IMG/VR virus record: IMGVR_UViG_3300037423_000844
Location: 1 to 37,960 of that record
Length of the DNA stretch: 37,960 nt
From: a virus
Lineage: Duplodnaviria > Caudoviricetes
Reading direction: 5' to 3' (one strand)
The translations under genes and the position numbers were made by a program. Numbering within the stretch: position 1 is the stretch's first letter; the number at the start of each line of letters is the position of its first letter. Positions 33,486 through 37,960 of this stretch are shown one piece after another. The notes under the pieces were generated by a model. It saw only the letters and a list, made by a program, of their open reading frames with translations, was not told where the DNA came from and ran no database searches.

Positions 33486-34242
33486 GCACGACGTTGACGA
33501 CTTCAACGCGCTGATGGACGACGCGGCGGACATGCTGGGGCGTGACAAGCTGGGTGAGCGGCAATTGGGCTTGCACTTCGCGGCCCTGGCAGACCACTCG
33601 TTGCCGATGGTTCGCGCGGCGCTGCTGGCTCACATGCGAGACCCGCAGCGCGGCCGGTTCATGCCGACGCCGGCTGACGTGATAGCTCAGATCGCCGTGC
33701 TGAGGGAGCAAGACGGCCGCCCTGGCGTTGAGGAGGCCTGGGCCGTGTGCGTGCGTAGCCAGGATGAGGCCGAAACGGTCGTCTGGACGCAGGAGATGGC
33801 GCAAGCCTGGGGCGTGGCCCGCGCGGTGCTGCCGGATGAGGTGGGCGCCAGGATGGCATTCAAAGAGGCCTACCAGCGCCTGATGGCTGAGGCCCGGCGT
33901 ATTGGAGACCGCCCGGTGTGGACTGCCTCCCTTGGCAGCGACCTCCAGCGGCGCCGCGCCGTGGTGGCTGAGGCCCTGGCGGCGAAGCGGCTGCCCATCA
34001 GCGAGCTGCCGCTGGCGCTGCCGGCGCCTCAGCGTGGCGTGCCAATGCTGGCGTTTGTCGGCGAGCTGGCGGCGCGCGCTGACGCACCGGCGTCCTGCCG
34101 TGCGCGGCTGCTGGCGATCCGCGAGCGGCTGGCCAGCGGGGCGGCAAAGCCCAGCGCGGCCGAGGCCGAGCGCCAGCGCACTGCAGCGCTGAAGGCGCAG
34201 GCGGCCCAGCTTGTGGCCCAGCACGGCGGAGGTGCTGCATGA
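33478..34242 (+). CDS. Replication protein P-like / helicase loader
   Basis: HMRDPQRGRFMPTPADVI, DGRPGVEEAW and ARMAFKEAY motifs. Follows the O-like gene. Confidence 0.75.
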   Translation: MTEHDVDDFNALMDDAADMLGRDKLGERQLGLHFAALADHSLPMVRAALLAHMRDPQRGRFMPTPADVIAQIAVLREQDGRPGVEEAWAVCVRSQDEAETVVWTQEMAQAWGVARAVLPDEVGARMAFKEAYQRLMAEARRIGDRPVWTASLGSDLQRRRAVVAEALAAKRLPISELPLALPAPQRGVPMLAFVGELAARADAPASCRARLLAIRERLASGAAKPSAAEAERQRTAALKAQAAQLVAQHGGGAA

Positions 34243-34397
34243 CCTGGCAAATGCACTGGCGCAAGACGCCGCACGGTTGGGCCTACGTGCCGCCGCAGCC
34301 GGCTGACCCGATGCGCCCGCTTCAAGAGGCGCTGACAGAGGCGATTGACGGCGTGATCCGTCGCGCCAAGCAACAGGCCGCCGTGCCCGCGGCATGA
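34239..34397 (+). CDS. 52-aa hypothetical protein
   Basis: GGAGG RBS, ATGA overlap, MTWQMHWRKTPHGWAYVPP... Confidence 0.6.
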   Translation: MTWQMHWRKTPHGWAYVPPQPADPMRPLQEALTEAIDGVIRRAKQQAAVPAA

Positions 34398-34407
34398 GGG
34401 AGGACCG

Positions 34408-34572
34408 ATGACACATCACATACAAGCGCGCCCTCCGGGCGCGTCCGTACCTTCGATTCCTACCTGCTCTTTCCTCCCGCTCCCTTTCACGGGCCGCGGC
34501 CGGGGAGGGCGCGGTGGGCGGGCTGCGGCTGCCCTGTATGCAGCACTAGTGTCTGAATTGGAGGTCGCATGA
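34408..34572 (+). CDS. 54-aa hypothetical peptide with GRGRGGRGGR
   Basis: GGAGGA RBS. Stop overlaps the ATG at 34569. Confidence 0.45.
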   Translation: MTHHIQARPPGASVPSIPTCSFLPLPFTGRGRGGRGGRAAAALYAALVSELEVA

Positions 34573-34844
34573 GCCGGACCGACATGAGGGGCACGCGCGT
34601 GCCGATGCTGGGCCGGCGGTTCGGGCTGCTGGTGGTGGAGGCCGCCTGCGGCGTGACGACCATGGGGCGGCACCCGCGCTGGTCCTGCCGCTGCGACTGC
34701 GGGCGGGTGATCGAGGCGCAGGGCAACAACCTGCGGGCGGGCATCAAGACCTCGTGCGGCTGCGAGCCGCAGGGCAAGGCGTCGGTGCGTGCCGTCGTCA
34801 GCGCCGCGCTGCCTGGCGGTTTCTTTGCGGGGGTGACGGCATGA
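34569..34844 (+). CDS. Single CxCxCG...SCGC zinc-ribbon module protein
   Basis: GRRFGLLVV...WSCRCDCG...LRAGIKTSCGC. Confidence 0.75.
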   Translation: MSRTDMRGTRVPMLGRRFGLLVVEAACGVTTMGRHPRWSCRCDCGRVIEAQGNNLRAGIKTSCGCEPQGKASVRAVVSAALPGGFFAGVTA

Positions 34845-35797
34845 GCGCGCCTCGCATCGAGATGGTCGGTAAGAAGTTCGGCCGGCTGACCGTGACCGCA
34901 TACGCTGGCGAGGCCAACTGCACGGGCGAGCGCCACCGCTGGACCTGTGCGTGCGACTGCGGAACTGCGGAGTTCGTCGCCCGGGGCAATAGCCTGCGCA
35001 GCGGCAAGACCAAGTCCTGCGGCTGCCTGCAGCGCGAGACGGCGCAGAAGAACAAGGGCCGCGACCCGCTGGAGCTGACGGGGCAGGTGTTCGGCAAGCT
35101 GTCCGTGGTGGAGAAGGCCGGCCGGGACCAGTACGGGCGCGTGCTGTGGCGCTGCGCCTGCGCGTGCGGCCAGGAGGCGGTGACCGCCGGCCGCAACCTG
35201 GTGGCCGGTTTCACGAAGTCCTGCGGCTGCTACCGCCGGGAGCGCGCGCCGACGATTCAGCCGGGCCGCACCCGCTGCTTCCCTGGCGCGACGTTCGGAC
35301 TGCTGACGCTGTCGGAAACGACGGGCCGCCGCGGCGGTGATGTGCTGTGGCGCTGCGCTTGCAGCTGCGGCGGCGAGAAGGTGGTGACGGGCGCGGCCCT
35401 GAGGCGCGGTGACGCGAAGTCCTGCGGCTGCCTGCGGGTGGGTCGCAAGCCGAAGGCGGAGAAGGCCAAGCCGCCGAAGGCTGTGAAAGCGACTGCGCCG
35501 AAGGCGACGCGCATGAGCATCAAGCCCGAGCGCCGGGCGGCTGATGGCTCGATCGGCGCATGGCCCAAGACCGCGCCGAAGGCCAAGGCCGCGCCAGCCG
35601 ACAGCCGTCCGGCGTGGCGCCCGAAGTCGGAATACAAGCCCACCACCGCGCCGGCCGAGCGCGCCACAGGCCCGCTGGTGCGTGTGCTGCCGGGCTGGAC
35701 GCACGACCCGCGGTATCAGCTGGCGCCGGGCGAGCGCGTGCTGGGTGGATTCGCAACGGCCGGCATCGGCCGCTACATCGAGGGGGCCGCAGCATGA
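34841..35797 (+). CDS. Protein with three CxCxCG...SCGC modules and a basic tail
   Basis: Start at 34841. Three FG.L.V...W.C.C.CG...KSCGC units, K/A/P-rich linker, no HNH or AP2 domain seen. Confidence 0.8.
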   Translation: MSAPRIEMVGKKFGRLTVTAYAGEANCTGERHRWTCACDCGTAEFVARGNSLRSGKTKSCGCLQRETAQKNKGRDPLELTGQVFGKLSVVEKAGRDQYGRVLWRCACACGQEAVTAGRNLVAGFTKSCGCYRRERAPTIQPGRTRCFPGATFGLLTLSETTGRRGGDVLWRCACSCGGEKVVTGAALRRGDAKSCGCLRVGRKPKAEKAKPPKAVKATAPKATRMSIKPERRAADGSIGAWPKTAPKAKAAPADSRPAWRPKSEYKPTTAPAERATGPLVRVLPGWTHDPRYQLAPGERVLGGFATAGIGRYIEGAAA

Positions 35798-36273
35798 GCG
35801 CGACGCAACGCAGCTGCGAGACGTGCGCGCACAACCTGTTGTCGGCGGGTGATCTGCCGTGCCGTGAGTGCCATGTGCTGACCTATGTGGCTGCGCCAAC
35901 GCGCTGGACCCCGGATGCTGCAGAGGGCGCCCCCGTGAAGGTCTATGCCGGGATGAGCTTTGGCCCGCTGGAGGATGTGCCGGCTGCCGTCGATGCCCCT
36001 GCTGCTGCTCAGGAGCCCGCAGGAGCGCCGATCGCGGCGCGGAAGCACCCGCACTACTTCAAGGACGTTTCGACGCTCCAAACGGTCGACGTGTACCGCG
36101 TGCTGTCGCTGTTTTCGGTGACGGACCCGTGCCTGCAGCACGCCGTGAAGAAGCTGCTCGTGGCCGGCGGCCGCGGCGCGGGCAAGGACATCGCCCGGGA
36201 CGTGAAGGAAGCCATGGACACGCTGGCGCGCTGGGTCGAGATGCGCGCCGAGGACGAAGGGAGGTCTGCATGA
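35794..36273 (+). CDS. DUF3310-like protein with N-terminal CxxC pair
   Basis: HPHYFK...DVYRVL..F.VTDPCLQHAVKKLLVAGGRG.KD motif. Confidence 0.7.
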   Translation: MSATQRSCETCAHNLLSAGDLPCRECHVLTYVAAPTRWTPDAAEGAPVKVYAGMSFGPLEDVPAAVDAPAAAQEPAGAPIAARKHPHYFKDVSTLQTVDVYRVLSLFSVTDPCLQHAVKKLLVAGGRGAGKDIARDVKEAMDTLARWVEMRAEDEGRSA

Positions 36274-36524
36274 CTGCACGTGCCCGCATGGGTGTCCCCG
36301 AGATCGAGCAGCAGGTGAACGACGCGCTGCTGCGGCTGCGCGCCGCCATGGCGCCGGCTGACGGATCACCGGTGGACGCCGACTTGGCGACGCTGGAGTG
36401 CTTCGCGCAGTTCACGTACCGGCTGATCCGCAAGACCAACGCCGGCAAGGTCCGCGAGTGCGCCACCGTGCTGGAGATCAAGGCGCGCATGGACGCGGCC
36501 GGCGTGCCGGAGGTCCGCGCATGA
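36270..36524 (+). CDS. Hypothetical protein
   Basis: GGAGG RBS, ATGA overlaps. Confidence 0.7.
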   Translation: MTARARMGVPEIEQQVNDALLRLRAAMAPADGSPVDADLATLECFAQFTYRLIRKTNAGKVRECATVLEIKARMDAAGVPEVRA

Positions 36525-36724
36525 GCGCCGCGTGCAACACATGCGGGAACCTGGGCCGCGCCTGCGGCGAGTGCGTCATCACGGTGACACCCGGGGAGCA
36601 GAACAGCCATTGGGTGCCGATGCCGGCCCGGCCGTTCCACGACGCTGCGTGTGCACTGGTCGCCGCGGCTGAGGCTGAGTGCAAGACGTGCCCGCCGCGG
36701 GCCGAACAACAACCGAGGGGGTGA
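36521..36724 (+). CDS. Cys-rich hypothetical protein
   Basis: GGAGG RBS, three CxxC motifs. Confidence 0.55.
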   Translation: MSAACNTCGNLGRACGECVITVTPGEQNSHWVPMPARPFHDAACALVAAAEAECKTCPPRAEQQPRG

Positions 36725-36727
36725 GGG

Positions 36728-36949
36728 ATGGAAATCAAGAGCGACGAACTGCGCGCCGCCTGGAGCGGCGGCATCGGGACGGCGCAGCCAGCCAACGACG
36801 AGCCGGAGACCGACGCCTCTTTCGCCGGGCTCATCCTCTGCATCGCCGGGTTTGACGTGCTGATGCTCGGCGGCCTGTGGGCCTACATGTACGCGCCGAC
36901 CATCGGCATTTGGTGGGCGGACATGCTGCAGAAGCTGGGGGTGGCATGA
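36728..36949 (+). CDS. Small membrane protein
   Basis: Hydrophobic segment FAGLILCIAGFDVLMLGGLWAYMY. Confidence 0.65.
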   Translation: MEIKSDELRAAWSGGIGTAQPANDEPETDASFAGLILCIAGFDVLMLGGLWAYMYAPTIGIWWADMLQKLGVA

Positions 36950-37428
36950 GCGCGGAGGCAACGAAGCGCGGCAGGGCCAGCCGGCGCAAGGGGCAGGTGG
37001 CCGAGCGCCAGGTGGCCGCACTGATCGCCGACCTGACCGGTTGGACGATCAAGCGCAGGGTGCGGCAGCACGCCGGGGACAGCGACTTGGAGGGCGTGCC
37101 GGGCTGGTGCGTCGAAGTCAAGGACAGGGCGAAGCCCGCGCGCGGCGCCATCGCAGCATGGTGGAAGCAGGCCGTGGAGCAGACGCCTGAAGGCTTGGTG
37201 CCGGTGCTGTTCTTCAAGGCCGGGCCGGGAGACTGGCGCGCGGTGTGGCCGGCTGATGATGGCCCGTTTGACCGGTGGACGTGGCTCTACACGTTCGCGC
37301 TGGAATCGTCCGTCGAATGCTGGGCCGCGCACGCGCGCCAGAAGGTCGAGGCCACCCAGGCATCACCCGAGGCGCAAAAACGCGCTGTGGAGGCTGTATG
37401 CGAGCCGGAGGCGGTATGCGAAAGCTGA
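36946..37428 (+). CDS. PD-(D/E)XK nuclease, probable Holliday junction resolvase
   Basis: SRRKGQVAERQVA...SDL...VEVK motif in the nin-like region. Confidence 0.8.
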   Translation: MSAEATKRGRASRRKGQVAERQVAALIADLTGWTIKRRVRQHAGDSDLEGVPGWCVEVKDRAKPARGAIAAWWKQAVEQTPEGLVPVLFFKAGPGDWRAVWPADDGPFDRWTWLYTFALESSVECWAAHARQKVEATQASPEAQKRAVEAVCEPEAVCES

Positions 37429-37739
37429 GCCTGCGTCCGTATCACGGCGCCGTCTGGGTCTGCGAATCGCTGGACGAGTTGCGGGCCGCGTACGAGAAGC
37501 AGATGCGCGAGCCGTACCCGTTCGCAGACGACCCGAACGGCGGCCGGTTCGTGAGGCTGGATCGCGGCTGCATCACGCGCCGCATTTGGCTGGTGTGGGC
37601 GGCAACACCGCACGCGCTGGCTCACGAGTTCGCTCACGTCCTGCTGCACACGTTCGGCACCATCGGCCACAACCCGACCGAAGGCGACGGGGAGCCGTTC
37701 TGCTACATGCTGAGCCAGCTGATGCTGGAGGCTGCATGA
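37416..37739 (+). CDS. Small HExxH metalloprotease-like protein
   Basis: LAHEFAH...EPFCY. Alternative in-frame start at 37398. Confidence 0.7.
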   Translation: MRKLSLRPYHGAVWVCESLDELRAAYEKQMREPYPFADDPNGGRFVRLDRGCITRRIWLVWAATPHALAHEFAHVLLHTFGTIGHNPTEGDGEPFCYMLSQLMLEAA

Positions 37740-37903
37740 CGCTGGACCTGAACAGCCCGGAGTCCATAGTGGAGTGGTACAGGGTCTGCCCGCCGCGCCA
37801 CGGGCCGCAGCTTGCGTACTTTGTGGAGTTGTGGCCGCAGTTTGCGGAGTCGATTAAGCGTGCAGGCGAGATCCTGCGCGCAGGCAAACAGGAGGGAAAA
37901 TGA
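37736..37903 (+). CDS. 55-aa hypothetical protein
   Basis: GGAGG RBS, ATGA overlaps with the upstream gene and the Q-like gene. Confidence 0.65.
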   Translation: MTLDLNSPESIVEWYRVCPPRHGPQLAYFVELWPQFAESIKRAGEILRAGKQEGK

Positions 37904-37960
37904 TCGTGACCGAGAACACCCGCGCAGCGCTTCAGGCGCACGACGCAGCAGCCGCGGCCG
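37835..37960. repeat. Terminal direct repeat, right copy
   Basis: Identical to 44-169. Confidence 0.95.

Noticed and set aside
34535-34550. Possible LexA box CTGTATGCAGCACTAG
   Set aside because: The right half is CTAG rather than ACAG, and it lies inside a probable small ORF.
1-37960. Integrase, protelomerase, tRNA, tape-measure or sheath genes, toxin-antitoxin pair, DNA methyltransferase
   Set aside because: No supporting motifs recognised by eye. Absence should be confirmed with HMM and tRNA scans.

Overview
The window is an essentially complete, circularly permuted temperate tailed-phage genome of about 37,791 bp (126-bp exact terminal overlap, 44-169 = 37835-37960). It is GC-rich, and the host is probably a Burkholderiales betaproteobacterium (inference). 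The late operon (640-19241) is podovirus-like: terminases, portal, scaffold, DUF5309-type capsid, adaptor/nozzle, four probable ejection proteins, a beta-helix tailspike, a holin and a GH19 endolysin. The early region is lambdoid, with cI/cro/cII, six AGCC-N3-GGCT-type operators, O/P-like replication genes, ERF + YqaJ recombination genes, a nin-like region and a Q-like gene. I recognise no integrase or protelomerase. Instead there is a plasmid maintenance module: a RepA-like HTH protein, type Ia parA-parB, two candidate parS palindromes inside parB, a predicted ~75-nt counter-transcribed RNA over the rep leader, and an XerCD dif/cer-like site. It therefore looks like a small phage-plasmid with two replicons. 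The most unusual unexplained signal is a conserved 17-nt block (TSAGTA) at the start of four different early-left genes. Ten nt of it are exactly complementary to the loop/stem of the predicted small RNA, suggesting either a gene-shuffling cassette system or multi-target RNA control of early genes. All family assignments come from motif recognition and synteny, not database searches.
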